From an uncultured Poribacteria bacterium (GTDB lineage: Bacteria; Poribacteria; WGA-4E; WGA-3G): a stretch of 64,000 bases of DNA. Below the pieces are notes generated by a model that was not told the origin of the DNA, did not search any database, and was given only the letters and a program-made list of their open reading frames with translations. Below, piece by piece: positions 10,179 to 20,568 of this stretch. The stretch spans positions 608,001-672,000 of the forward strand of contig OX638351.1 in NCBI GenBank assembly GCA_951813565.1, read 5' to 3'. The number at the start of each line of letters is the position of its first letter. Position 1 is the stretch's first letter. The position numbers and the translations under genes are program-made.

Positions 10179-11390
10179 ATGTCGGAACAGAAAAGCCATA
10201 AAGTTACGATGCTCGGTACAGGACTCATCGGCATGTTTTACACGATGACGCTCCACAATCAGCGCGGCGCGGACCGCGTTTATGCTGTTTACTCCCGACG
10301 TGAAGAACGCGCAACCGAATTTGCGAAAGAGTGGGATATTCCTAACGCTACAACCGATTTAGCGGAAGCGATCAATCATCCTGAAACAGATGTAGTTGTT
10401 ATCGGACTACCGAACAATCTACACATGAAAGCGGTTGAACTTGCAGCAGAAGCAGGTAAGGCGATCCTCTGCACAAAACCGCTCGGACGCACTGCTGAAG
10501 AGGCGAAAACGATGTTAGACCTCGTTGAAAATGCTGGTGTATTTGGAGGTTATCTTGAAGATTTGGTGTATCCTCCCAAAACACTTAAGGCGTTAGAAGC
10601 CGTTCAAAACGGGGCACTTGGTAAGATTTTATGGGTGCGTTCCAGAGAAACACATCCCGGTCCACATAGTGACTGGTTTTGGGATTTGGAACAAGCAGGG
10701 GGCGGTGCTATTGTTGACATGGGATGCCACTGCATTGAGATTATCCGAAATTTTGTTGGAAAGAACAACAAACCGCTTGAGGTAATGTGTTGGGCAGACA
10801 CACTTGTGCATCCGATTGATGCAGAGGACCACGGCATCGCGCTCATCCGATTTGAAAGTGGCGCGATGGGACAGTTTGAAGTCGGTTGGGCATTTCGTGG
10901 TGGCATGGATTTACGAGATGAAGTTTCTGGTAGCGAAGGGACGATCTGGCTCAATCACTGGCTTCGCACAGGTTTTGAAATGTTTACAGCTGTCGGACAG
11001 GGAGGTTATGTCGCTGAAAAGGCTGAAAGTGACACCGGTTGGCTTTTCCCTGTCGGTGATGAAGTAGCGGAACTCGGTTACCGGGATATGTTCCTTGATA
11101 TGTTCAATGCGATTGATGAAGGCAGAGAACCTCTGGAAACGTTCTATGATGGCTATGTTGTGAATGCAATCATTGATGCCTGCTATAAATCTGCAAAAAC
11201 AAAGCAGTGGGAAGCAGTTGAACTTGAAGACTGGCGTGGTGAAGCGGAAACTGATGACGCACAAGCAGGAAAATCAGACGCAGATGAACGATATGCTCAT
11301 CTCAAAGATGAGCGGATGCCAGATGGTAGAATGAAACGTATCTTTAGAGACCGCGAAACAGGTGAGATTATTGAGCGAGTAGAGGATTAA
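10179..11390 (+). CDS. Gfo/Idh/MocA-family oxidoreductase
   Basis: [28 protein letters not shown]. Confidence 0.9.
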   Translation: MSEQKSHKVTMLGTGLIGMFYTMTLHNQRGADRVYAVYSRREERATEFAKEWDIPNATTDLAEAINHPETDVVVIGLPNNLHMKAVELAAEAGKAILCTKPLGRTAEEAKTMLDLVENAGVFGGYLEDLVYPPKTLKALEAVQNGALGKILWVRSRETHPGPHSDWFWDLEQAGGGAIVDMGCHCIEIIRNFVGKNNKPLEVMCWADTLVHPIDAEDHGIALIRFESGAMGQFEVGWAFRGGMDLRDEVSGSEGTIWLNHWLRTGFEMFTAVGQGGYVAEKAESDTGWLFPVGDEVAELGYRDMFLDMFNAIDEGREPLETFYDGYVVNAIIDACYKSAKTKQWEAVELEDWRGEAETDDAQAGKSDADERYAHLKDERMPDGRMKRIFRDRETGEIIERVED

Positions 11391-11457
11391 AACCCTTACA
11401 ACGTCTATTGCCGGAAAAGGCACATTTTGCAACAAACTAACAAAAAGAGGTATTACG

Positions 11458-12210
11458 ATGGCATCTTCAAAGCAATATCAAATTCCCTATGCTCGGACAG
11501 ATGAATCGGATATATATCCTGAATTGGATGGAGAACCTCTCGCTGAAACAGAACGGCATCTCCGCGAAATTTTTCGGATGCTGGATATTCTTGGGACCCA
11601 TTTTGCGGAAATTCCAGATGTTTATGTCTGGAGTAATATGATGATGTATTACGAAAAAGGCAATCCTCGCGCATTCGTCAAACCGGATATTTTCGTATCC
11701 TTTGGTATTGGCAAACAGGAGCGCCGCATCTATAAAGTGTGGGAAGAGGGTAAACCTCCCGATTTCATCATGGAGTTTGCCAGCAGGAGCACTTACAATA
11801 ACGACTTAGGGGGCAAGAAGGAAATTTATGCTGCCATGGGGGTTACGGAATATTTTCTTTACGATCCATTTCGGTGTTGTTTGCCCGCTCCGTTGATGGG
11901 ATTTCGACTTTTTGACGGTGATTATGTTGAAATTCTACCGCTCGCTAATGGAGGTGTGCCATCAGAAACCCTAAATCTTGAATTTCTTTTGCAAGACGAT
12001 GGTATCGGTGTTTATACAACAATGGCGGGAGGACAGTTAAAAACGCGTGCTGAGCAAGAAGCAGATGCACGACATCAAGAAGTCATCGCACGGCAAAATG
12101 CTGAGGCACGCGCACAACGGGAAGCTGAGGCACGCCGTGATGCTGAGGCTGAATTGGCAGAACTCCGAGAAAAACTCAAACGCTTGGAAGCAAAATCCAC
12201 TAATTCGTAG
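11458..12210 (+). CDS. Uma2-family (PD-(D/E)xK) endonuclease-like protein with C-terminal coiled coil
   Basis: YPELDGEPLAET, VKPDIFV, PPDFIMEFASRST, GVTEYFLYDP. Confidence 0.88.
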   Translation: MASSKQYQIPYARTDESDIYPELDGEPLAETERHLREIFRMLDILGTHFAEIPDVYVWSNMMMYYEKGNPRAFVKPDIFVSFGIGKQERRIYKVWEEGKPPDFIMEFASRSTYNNDLGGKKEIYAAMGVTEYFLYDPFRCCLPAPLMGFRLFDGDYVEILPLANGGVPSETLNLEFLLQDDGIGVYTTMAGGQLKTRAEQEADARHQEVIARQNAEARAQREAEARRDAEAELAELREKLKRLEAKSTNS

Positions 12211-12252
12211 AACTACGATTCACAATCTACAAACTATCGGTACAGAATTACA

Positions 12253-13098
12253 ATGGATACAACATGGCTTGAATATTGTGCCACCGACGAACAACTCAAG
12301 GCGTTTAACGACACCGGTTACCTCATTGTTGAGGATGCTTTAAGTTCTGAGATGGTAGATGCGTTAGAGGTGGTAGCAGACCGAATTGATGCCGAAGAGC
12401 GTTTCAAAACGGGACTGGCACCGCACAAATTGTTGTCAAAGTTCCGCACGGTCATTGAAGACGACATCCTTCTGGAATTGCTTGACAACAAGAAGATTTT
12501 CCCACTGCTCTGGGACATCTTAGGTTGGAACATCCAACTTTATATCTCACACCTCATCATGTATCCACCAGAACCTCCTGATACACCGCGTGTTACCAAA
12601 GCCGCACATTGGCATCAGGACGGTGGCAGACCTGTTCCAGAGATGGAACGTCCGCATCCACGATTGTCGCTTAAGGTGAGTTATTGGTTAACTGACGTTA
12701 CACACCGGGATAACGGTGCGATGCGCCTTATACCGGGCAGTCACAAACTTGATACTTTGCCCCCACGAAACGATCCTGATAGCGACCCCGAAGGTGTGAT
12801 GGACCTGCTTGTTAAAAGCGGTACTGCTGTGCTTTTCGATCGGAGGATGTGGCATTCACGCGGCTGGAATTTTTCCGATGTAACGCGTAAGGTGTTTTTT
12901 ATGGGATATAGTTATCGTTGGCTGCGCGGTTTGGATTACAACCTCATGCCTCCCGAAATTCTCGAAAAATGCGATCCAATTCGGCGGCAGTTGTTAGGAG
13001 ATGGCGTGAATATCAAAGGGTGGTGGCAACCTACAGATGCTGACGTTCCCTTGAAGACATGGATTGCAAAGCATCGTGGGGAGGAATATGTGCGGTAG
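12253..13098 (+). CDS. Phytanoyl-CoA dioxygenase (PhyH) family 2OG-Fe(II) oxygenase
   Basis: FNDTGYLIVEDAL, WHQD, NGAMRLIPGSH, WHSRG. Confidence 0.9.
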   Translation: MDTTWLEYCATDEQLKAFNDTGYLIVEDALSSEMVDALEVVADRIDAEERFKTGLAPHKLLSKFRTVIEDDILLELLDNKKIFPLLWDILGWNIQLYISHLIMYPPEPPDTPRVTKAAHWHQDGGRPVPEMERPHPRLSLKVSYWLTDVTHRDNGAMRLIPGSHKLDTLPPRNDPDSDPEGVMDLLVKSGTAVLFDRRMWHSRGWNFSDVTRKVFFMGYSYRWLRGLDYNLMPPEILEKCDPIRRQLLGDGVNIKGWWQPTDADVPLKTWIAKHRGEEYVR

Positions 13099-13176
13099 AG
13101 ATTCTCGTCAGAATCTCACAATTTTTTGAAGTCTAAGACACATTATAAATAACGGAAACTTATGTCCCGCTAATAT

Positions 13177-13907
13177 TTAAGTATTATCCTCAGATTTTTC
13201 TGATGTCTTATGTTTGGATGGGTCAAAATAGGATACATATTTTATTCCATTCCGTTTGCCCTCTTCTTCTTTTGCCTTCAGATACGCATAGAATTCGTCC
13301 AAGGTCTTGAATTGCGCGCTAATTTCTGCTTTGATTCGATAACATTCCTCAAGGATGGGATCCGTGTAAGTTTCTGGGTCAAATTCTGGTTGTTTTTCTG
13401 GAGTTTCTTTCATCTGAATTTCCTCCATCAGTTCTATAGGTGTACAGATTGTAATGGGCTGAAAACCGGCTTCTTGACATACAGGATTGATCTGCTCACG
13501 TTTGTGCTCATTCACAATATGTTTATAGTTCCACGATACCAAGTAATCAACACTGTGTATTGTTGCAACAGCAATATGTTCTGCATAGGCACAGAATTTC
13601 GTGGCACTGCACCAGCATCTAAAAGTTTTTGTACAAGTACATTTGTCTCTGGTCTGCTTTTTAGTACAGTAAGAGATGAAATCGCTTTGATCCGCTGCTG
13701 TGCTGCGGTTGCGTCACCCCGTTGAATTTCGGTACGAACTAATTCTGAAATAACAAACTCAAATCTATCCGCATAGTTTTGCCACAATCGTTGAGTCGCT
13801 CTTTGCCGAGATGCTGATATTGGATTATTGCTGGGTCTCGCTACCAAGTAACTAACAACTGTTGCTTCAACGTAGACTCTCGGTTTTATTGTCGTATATT
13901 TTAGCAT
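13177..13907 (-). pseudogene. PIN/VapC-domain protein with C-terminal extension, frameshifted near 13586
   Basis: VYVEATVVSYL in ORF 13512..13907; (D)AEHIAVAT...YLVSWNYKHIVN continues in the other frame into ORF 13177..13542. Confidence 0.75.
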
Positions 13908-14003
13908 AAAAAATTGTGTTTTTCAAATCAAATTGCCCAATTTGCAACATTCGACAAAAACAATCATTGTCTAATGGTAATTTTGGGAAAGAGTTCTACC
14001 CAT

Positions 14004-15239
14004 TCATTCTCTGATTTGACCTGTGATATCCCATAGATCCACTTCGCCGCACTCATCACCGCTTGCGAGCATGATGTTATCGGGAGCAAATGCTAAAGCA
14101 GTGATTTCACACGGAGAATCTGTATCTATCATAGACATCAACCGTTGGGTAGTCAAGTCCCAAACAAGAATCTTGCGACTATCTGCCCATCTTTTGCTGC
14201 CATCACTTGCAAGGTATTTCCCATCAGGAGAAAATGCAAGTGTATCGACTTTCCATCTTGGCGTTCTGAGGGTAATCTTCGGCATTCCTGTTTCTACATC
14301 CCACAAATGGATTTTTCCAGCAGTTATATTAAACGGTTGAAACTCACTCCGACTACTACTGGTGAGTATTCTACCGTCTGGAGAAAATGCTAATGCCTGA
14401 ATCGGATACGAATGTGATGAAAGATAAATTGGCAGGAGATTGGGACCTGGTGTCAATGCAATTATACCTTTATCATTGAAAACTTCTGAATTCAAAATAG
14501 AATTCAAGTTCTCTGGTGTGTTATCAACGTTCTGGTCTTTGACAACCCAATTCCATCTGGTGATAATACGTTCTCTGCTATAATCGTAATACCCGTGTCC
14601 GTAGAGATGAGCCAAACGGGCGAACGCAAATGTCCCAAGTATGCGTTGATGTGTAAGACCTATAATGGTGTCCCACGTTGTTATTAATCCATCACTATTC
14701 GCGCCAACCAGAGTTGCACCGTCGGGAGAAAAATCTAACGTTGCTATCCAAGATGTATGCCCCGAAAGAGATGCTTTTACTTGTCCTGTAGTGGTATCGT
14801 GCAATATAACTGGGTGTTGATTAGACTTTTTGCTAATCGCGAAAGTTTTGCCATCCGGTGAGAATGTCAGATCAGTAACTATTCCTGCATGCTCATTCAT
14901 CGTGTACAGGGGATCACCAGTTTTTACGTCCCACAATATAATCTCACTATACGCAGTACAAGCAAGCGTTTTGCCATCTGGTGTAAACGCTAACGTGGTA
15001 ACAGGCTTGCTGGGTGTAGAAAAAGTAGAAATATGTGCATACTCTTGTGCATGTTCGGGAAGTAGATACGGGGTAGACTCCAACAGGAGGGGCAGAAAAA
15101 TCTTGAACAGGACATATAGAATAAGCACATCACAAGCAGCAAAAGCAGATACAAGAAAAATTAGAAACCAGTGCCTCTTTTTTCTTTTCCTTCGTGTGTA
15201 CTCTAATGGATATTTGCTGATTCGTCGTGTTAAGTACAT
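14004..15239 (-). CDS. Membrane-anchored WD40-repeat protein
   Basis: N-terminal TM; repeated LAFSPDG...LAS...LWD. Confidence 0.9.
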   Translation of the reverse strand: MYLTRRISKYPLEYTRRKRKKRHWFLIFLVSAFAACDVLILYVLFKIFLPLLLESTPYLLPEHAQEYAHISTFSTPSKPVTTLAFTPDGKTLACTAYSEIILWDVKTGDPLYTMNEHAGIVTDLTFSPDGKTFAISKKSNQHPVILHDTTTGQVKASLSGHTSWIATLDFSPDGATLVGANSDGLITTWDTIIGLTHQRILGTFAFARLAHLYGHGYYDYSRERIITRWNWVVKDQNVDNTPENLNSILNSEVFNDKGIIALTPGPNLLPIYLSSHSYPIQALAFSPDGRILTSSSRSEFQPFNITAGKIHLWDVETGMPKITLRTPRWKVDTLAFSPDGKYLASDGSKRWADSRKILVWDLTTQRLMSMIDTDSPCEITALAFAPDNIMLASGDECGEVDLWDITGQIRE

Positions 15240-15395
15240 CGGTCAACCTCCGTAAGTATAGGCAGATAATACCAATCTGCCCAACAAAGACAATCCATTA
15301 CCAAATTAACTTGATTAAAGATTTCTTGATAGGATGGGAAAGTGAACCGTGATGCCAAATCAACACTAAAATCTATAGATTGCTTTTAATTCGGG

Positions 15396-16460
15396 TCACA
15401 GTGTGTCCTCCCCATCTGTCAACCACGCTAAATCAAACTTTGCAAACGACAATGTTTCATAAGCACTTTTGTCACCGCGCTCATAGAGACAACATATATT
15501 CATGTCTGAATCGATACAGAGATCGGAGTAAGCAGCGGGGCCTTCGTGTAGGACTTTGCCATCGTTCCAACTGCGACACTCATCGTAACTGATACGCACC
15601 GTCAACTTCTCGCGCCCTGTGCTTGCTGGATTAGAGAACAATACCCGGTTTTTGTCGTGAGAATTGGCATCTGTATAACGGACCAAGCTGGCTTGGCAAA
15701 TAGGTTCAATCAAATCATCGTCGTAACCGAATTCGGTGAACGTGTCGCCACCGTCAGAACTCCAAGCGTAAGCACGCCGTTTCGGTGCTACATAGTTTCG
15801 GCAGTTGAAATATAGATCGCCGTTTACAGTCTCTACGATAACGGATTCATTTGTACCGGGTTGTGCTTCACCCGCGATATGCCACGTTTCACCGTGGTCA
15901 TCACTAACAATTAAATGTGAATAACCCATCTCAGCATAATTCCGGCTTTGCCCAAGCACATGATCACACGGAATAACTAATCTGCCACTTGCCAATTGAA
16001 TGCCGTGACAGGGGCCTGTTGCATACCACGTCCACGTGTCTAATTTTGTATCAGCAGTGATCTCTTTGGGTTCTACCCAAGTTTCGCCATCGTCGGTGCT
16101 TGAGGTTACCCAAACAGTACGCGGCGCCTCTCCTGCGATAATTCTGCCTTCACCGCCATCAGCGAAATTTTTGCAGAAAAGTAGCCAGATGGTGCCTGTA
16201 TCACGGTCAACTACTGGCGCAGGATTACCATCTGTATCTGCCCCGGTAGAGACAACGACTTGCATCGGTTGCCATGTTTCTCCGTTGTCAAAACTCCGTT
16301 TCAGCACAATATCTATGTCACCGGAATCACCACCACTTTTTCGCCTACCTTCGCAGAACGCCAATAGTGTTCCGTTATTTGATGCAGCGAGTGCCGGAAT
16401 ACGAAATGTATTATATCCTTCTTTCCCCGCTATAAAAAGCGGACTTTCTGTTTTATACAT
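15396..16460 (-). CDS. Exo-alpha-sialidase (GH33)
   Basis: FRIP motif; Asp-boxes SFDNGETW, STDDGETW, SDDHGETW, SSDGGDTF; AYSDL...LYE. Confidence 0.93.
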   Translation of the reverse strand: MYKTESPLFIAGKEGYNTFRIPALAASNNGTLLAFCEGRRKSGGDSGDIDIVLKRSFDNGETWQPMQVVVSTGADTDGNPAPVVDRDTGTIWLLFCKNFADGGEGRIIAGEAPRTVWVTSSTDDGETWVEPKEITADTKLDTWTWYATGPCHGIQLASGRLVIPCDHVLGQSRNYAEMGYSHLIVSDDHGETWHIAGEAQPGTNESVIVETVNGDLYFNCRNYVAPKRRAYAWSSDGGDTFTEFGYDDDLIEPICQASLVRYTDANSHDKNRVLFSNPASTGREKLTVRISYDECRSWNDGKVLHEGPAAYSDLCIDSDMNICCLYERGDKSAYETLSFAKFDLAWLTDGEDTL

Positions 16461-16550
16461 TTATAGTCCTCAGTTCAGTTGTATGAAAATAAGCCCCGAG
16501 TAGTTCAACCAACAAAAGTGAATAGGGTGGACTATAGTCCACCCTGTCAG

Positions 16551-17270
16551 TTATCTTACGGTTTTCAGTTGTCCCCAAGTTATCGTCAATTTCCCAAGGG
16601 GTTGAACCGGTGCGGGATCATCAAGTACTAATTCACCCGCCTCCTTCTGATGGTCAGATATCCGAAGCCCATCAACAACACAATTCGTTGGAAAATTAGG
16701 AGAGGGTGGAGAAGCATTGTTAATTTCAAAGGTTTCTGCGAAAACAACAGGGCCTTTAGTAGAAGCATCTTCCGCTTCCAGTTTGCCATCCAGATAGAGT
16801 TTCAAACCACCCGGTCCCCACGTTCCTGCCATGTGGTGATGTTCTCCTTTTTTCCAGTTAAGTGCGCCACTGTCCGCGTTGAACCAACTCCCCGCGCTTT
16901 TGATACGCATGCGAGCTTTTCCACCATTGTCAAATTGCAGGAAAACCGCATCAGTTCCACGCTTATAAGTCATGAACAGAAAAAGTTCACCTGTAACCGT
17001 TGAAGCATCAAACCCCATTGTTACCCATAACTCAACTGTTCCTTCATCAAGGTTAACAAACCTATCTTCTACCGGAAAGTGGATGACATCCCCCTGTTCT
17101 TCACTGACAAAACCGTTGCCAAATTTGCCGGGGACAAAATTGCCTCCATTAACAGTACCTCCCTCTTTTTCAACCTCTTCTTTACTTTCAAGGGCTGAAA
17201 AGAAAGTCTCTTTTGCCATTGCGACAGAAAAACAGAGCAATGTAATTACTATAACACATAATGTTTTCAT
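16551..17270 (-). CDS. Secreted LamG/ConA-like domain protein with C-terminal TWGxLK motif
   Basis: Signal peptide; GKFGNG, EGTVELWV, HHMAGTW, LYLDG; ends PVQPLGKLTITWGQLKTVR. Confidence 0.85.
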   Translation of the reverse strand: MKTLCVIVITLLCFSVAMAKETFFSALESKEEVEKEGGTVNGGNFVPGKFGNGFVSEEQGDVIHFPVEDRFVNLDEGTVELWVTMGFDASTVTGELFLFMTYKRGTDAVFLQFDNGGKARMRIKSAGSWFNADSGALNWKKGEHHHMAGTWGPGGLKLYLDGKLEAEDASTKGPVVFAETFEINNASPPSPNFPTNCVVDGLRISDHQKEAGELVLDDPAPVQPLGKLTITWGQLKTVR

Positions 17271-17410
17271 GGAATTTCTCCTTTGTTTTAAATTAAGATG
17301 TGCATAATCGTTTGGCAGAGCAACACAGACAGTGACGCACTTTTTGCGCCTTCATTTAGAGTCGTGTAACTCATTGCGTCTCTTATGTCAGTTTTCAGTG
17401 TAAACCTACT

Positions 17411-17488
17411 GTAGGTTGGGTAGAACAACGTGAAACTCAATAACATACTGACAAAGTTAGGTTTCACTTATGCTTTTCCCAACCTACG
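17411..17488. repeat. GTAG-type REP/MITE inverted repeat
   Basis: GTAGGTTGGG...CCCAACCTAC; related copies near 2370-2420, 30129-30274, 30664-30687 and 50455-50490. Confidence 0.7.
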
Positions 17489-17581
17489 AACCTACTACTT
17501 TTAAGCATATATTATATCAGTTTGCAGAATTTTATGGTAGTTTCTCTGGCAAAATGTGAAAAACAAGAGATTTGAACGCGC

Positions 17582-18379
17582 TTATTTCGGTTTTGCACAT
17601 ATCGCATATACATACGGTGACGTTAACTGCTGATTTGGAACGCGGATTGCCGCCAGAAAATTGCCGACTACAATATCTGTAAGATTGACAAACTTGCATA
17701 ATACTTCGTGTCCCCATTTGCCAATAACTGCGCGCCACGGTGAATAATCAACAACACTTAACTTTAAAGGGCCGCCTGTGTATCCAAATTCTGTAACTTG
17801 AAATCCGACATTGCGCAACAACCCTGCGAGTGTTATAGGTGGAATCTCTCTGTGTGTGGCAAGAAGTTTTGGACTCGCGATGCGAGCTATGGGTGTATAC
17901 ATACCACGTAGGTTTGGGGTTATTGTTAACATTGTTCCTCCCGGTTTAAGAAGGCTATACATCTCTTCCAAAACCGCTTGTGGGGAGGTGAAATGTTCAA
18001 TCAGCCCCATTGAATAGACAAAATCAAAATCGGCTATATGTGTTTTGGCATAAGTAAAAAAATCTTCACATAGAATCGTGCCTTTTACGCCTGCAAGGGC
18101 GAGGTTGCGTTGTGCAAGCTGACATCCCAGTTCCGAAAAGTCAATTCCGTAACACTCACTATCATATTTTTTTGCGAGATATGGCAACCACAAGGAATCA
18201 GCACATCCCAATTCAATTAGCGTTGGCTGTGTGAAACTGGACAGTGACCGATGGAACAACCTTGCGAGGTGGCGGTTCGCCACATAAGCCCATCGTAGGT
18301 GGCGAATTTTATGTTGCTGTCCGTCCCAAAGCGTTGTCCAATAGGATTCGTCAGTTAACGGAGAAGCATTTGAACCCAT
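17582..18379 (-). CDS. Class I SAM-dependent methyltransferase
   Basis: LIELGCADS, GIDFSE, FDFVYSMGLIEHF, LLKPGG. Confidence 0.88.
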   Translation of the reverse strand: MGSNASPLTDESYWTTLWDGQQHKIRHLRWAYVANRHLARLFHRSLSSFTQPTLIELGCADSLWLPYLAKKYDSECYGIDFSELGCQLAQRNLALAGVKGTILCEDFFTYAKTHIADFDFVYSMGLIEHFTSPQAVLEEMYSLLKPGGTMLTITPNLRGMYTPIARIASPKLLATHREIPPITLAGLLRNVGFQVTEFGYTGGPLKLSVVDYSPWRAVIGKWGHEVLCKFVNLTDIVVGNFLAAIRVPNQQLTSPYVYAICAKPK

Positions 18380-18380
18380 T

Positions 18381-19871
18381 TTAACTTTCCTCTAATAAAA
18401 CAGCATTATGCTCTAAAATGGGACATAAATCACAAAGTTGATCGGCACAGAAGTTCTTGTAAAGCCGCATCATGCCCTGCTGAATTTTAGCCGTAGGTTT
18501 TATCAGACGCATCGGTTGCACTTCTGTAAAAACTTGTTTCCCAACCTGACGAATAATACTGTTTTCCTGCAATTTAGTATAATCACTGTAAAGTCTCAGA
18601 ATAGCGTCCTGTAATTTCTTGCTTTCTGATTCAACTGCCCAAATATACGCTACAGGAAGGATTTTGTTGACCATGATGTCTAACGCTCTTGATTCTCCGA
18701 TCAGTTTAGCTTTTTGAGTTCCGCCTTTTCCAAAATTGGAATGTGTTTCCCAATAACCGATAGGTTCCAGCATTAAAAGTTCAAGTAGTTCCTTTCGGAT
18801 AGTACCCAACAGTTTTGGTGTGTCCACGATTGCTGCTCTTTCACATGTAGGCAGGAAGCACATCATCAAACTTCCTCGGCAATGATAAATCAACTGACTC
18901 ATTGCAGCAATACGTCGGGTTGGATAGTTAAAAGGACGGATTTTACCAAACTGCCAATGTGATGCATTCATGTGGTCTGAACGCTTAGCATGTTCCGAAG
19001 TTTTCCATAATGTCTCTAATGCCACAATTAACGGATCATCTGTTTCCTTTTCAGACAGTGGTTTCTCTGATTGTGATGGCAATAGACCAGCAACACCAAA
19101 AAGGATGGCTTGAATTTCATGCTCGGACTTCTGATCAAAATCGGAAAAAGGCACGCGTTGTGCCAGTTCACGCAAGGGTTTGCTGTTTTGCGAGTATCCT
19201 AACGCTTCCATAATGCCTTCATAGAGGATTTGCTCAAAATTGAGACGTGTTCTTAATAGTCGCACAGCATCAGCTTTTTCTAAAAAACGTTCAGTCCCTA
19301 ACGCCTCAAATGTACTTTTGAGGTTATCTATGTTTAAGCGGTTTCCTGTTACTCGACAGAAATTAGATGCATCTGTTTCTGTTTGTGCCGTTTCATCAAA
19401 TAGGTTTCCGATGGGCGCATCAATCCATTTGAGGAGTTCCAATGTCGGAATTCGTTTGCCGTTCTGCAGTCGTGTGCGGAGGTTAAAGTCATCATTAAAG
19501 AAAACCACATGGAGAACAACACGGTTATATCTTGAGTTCAGATGATGTTTATGCGCGTACCATTCCGAAGATTTGACATGAATTTCGACATCACCGACGT
19601 GCAGCTTACCATTAATTTCAATCTCCGCGCGCATAAAATCAGGACCTTCTTCACGGTTCCAGACACCAGGTTTCAGCACACGAATTTCTCTACTGTCAAT
19701 TGACATCAGATTGGCATTGAAAAAACGTTGCCCATTCCATAATTTCTGCACGAAGTCTTCATCAATCTTATCAAAATCCGGTTCGTAAACCTGATCTACT
19801 TCCCTGAATTCCTTAGACAATAATTTATTTTTTGAGTGGTCATATTCATCAATTTGAGAACGTTCGGTCAT
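18381..19871 (-). CDS. DUF2851-family protein
   Basis: PGVWNREEGPDF, GDVEIH, WYAHKH...YNRVVLHVV, RPFNYPTRRIA, C-terminal CxxxxCxxCP. Confidence 0.85.
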   Translation of the reverse strand: MTERSQIDEYDHSKNKLLSKEFREVDQVYEPDFDKIDEDFVQKLWNGQRFFNANLMSIDSREIRVLKPGVWNREEGPDFMRAEIEINGKLHVGDVEIHVKSSEWYAHKHHLNSRYNRVVLHVVFFNDDFNLRTRLQNGKRIPTLELLKWIDAPIGNLFDETAQTETDASNFCRVTGNRLNIDNLKSTFEALGTERFLEKADAVRLLRTRLNFEQILYEGIMEALGYSQNSKPLRELAQRVPFSDFDQKSEHEIQAILFGVAGLLPSQSEKPLSEKETDDPLIVALETLWKTSEHAKRSDHMNASHWQFGKIRPFNYPTRRIAAMSQLIYHCRGSLMMCFLPTCERAAIVDTPKLLGTIRKELLELLMLEPIGYWETHSNFGKGGTQKAKLIGESRALDIMVNKILPVAYIWAVESESKKLQDAILRLYSDYTKLQENSIIRQVGKQVFTEVQPMRLIKPTAKIQQGMMRLYKNFCADQLCDLCPILEHNAVLLEES

Positions 19872-19892
19872 ATATTTCTACTCTCCAAAGTT

Positions 19893-20534
19893 CTATTTTA
19901 TGCCTGCTTTTGCTTGCTGGATCTCTTGTATAAGACTTTGCGTTGCTGCGAGCGGGTCTCGCTGTGCACACACAGCAGAAATGACAGCGATTCCGTGTGC
20001 GCCTGCTTTTATGACCTCCGCCGCAGTTGGCAACGTAATTCCGCCTATAGCAATTACAGGACATTGCGCGACTTCGGACATTCTACGTAAGCGTTCCAAC
20101 CCCTTAGGTGTTTCTGCGTCCGATTTTGAGGGTGTCTGATAAATGGGGCCAAACCCAATATAGTCTGCGCCTTCTGAAATAGCCTCAAGTATCTTTTCTT
20201 CGGTTCGTGCTGATGCACCTATAATGGTTTCTGTGGAGAGGATACTTCTCCCGATGGCAACAGGCATATCATCTTGCCCAAAATGTGTTCCCGCTGCGCC
20301 AACAGCCAGCGCAATATCTGCTCTATCGTTTACAATTAACGGCACTCCATGTCGCGTGCATATTGCCTGCATTTGCTCTGCAATTGCGATTAATTCACGT
20401 GTCGTTCCGTTCTTGTGTCGGAATTGGACGGTATCTGCACCGCCCTGAATTGCAAGTTCAGCCAGTTGCGGATGTGTAAAACGAGATTGAAGTGTTGTAT
20501 CCGTAATGACATGGAGAACTCCGATGTTTTTCAT
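19893..20534 (-). CDS. thiE: Thiamine-phosphate synthase
   Basis: VQFRHK, LIVNDRAD, HFGQDD, ADYIGFGPIYQTPSK, VIAIGGI. Confidence 0.93.
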   Translation of the reverse strand: MKNIGVLHVITDTTLQSRFTHPQLAELAIQGGADTVQFRHKNGTTRELIAIAEQMQAICTRHGVPLIVNDRADIALAVGAAGTHFGQDDMPVAIGRSILSTETIIGASARTEEKILEAISEGADYIGFGPIYQTPSKSDAETPKGLERLRRMSEVAQCPVIAIGGITLPTAAEVIKAGAHGIAVISAVCAQRDPLAATQSLIQEIQQAKAGIK

Positions 20535-20568
20535 GTTGGCATTCTATTGAAAATGTGGTAAGTTAATT

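Noticed and set aside
17310..17400. Possible riboswitch upstream of the LamG gene
   Set aside because: Only a weak GACGCA/TGCGTC pairing; no riboswitch consensus recognised
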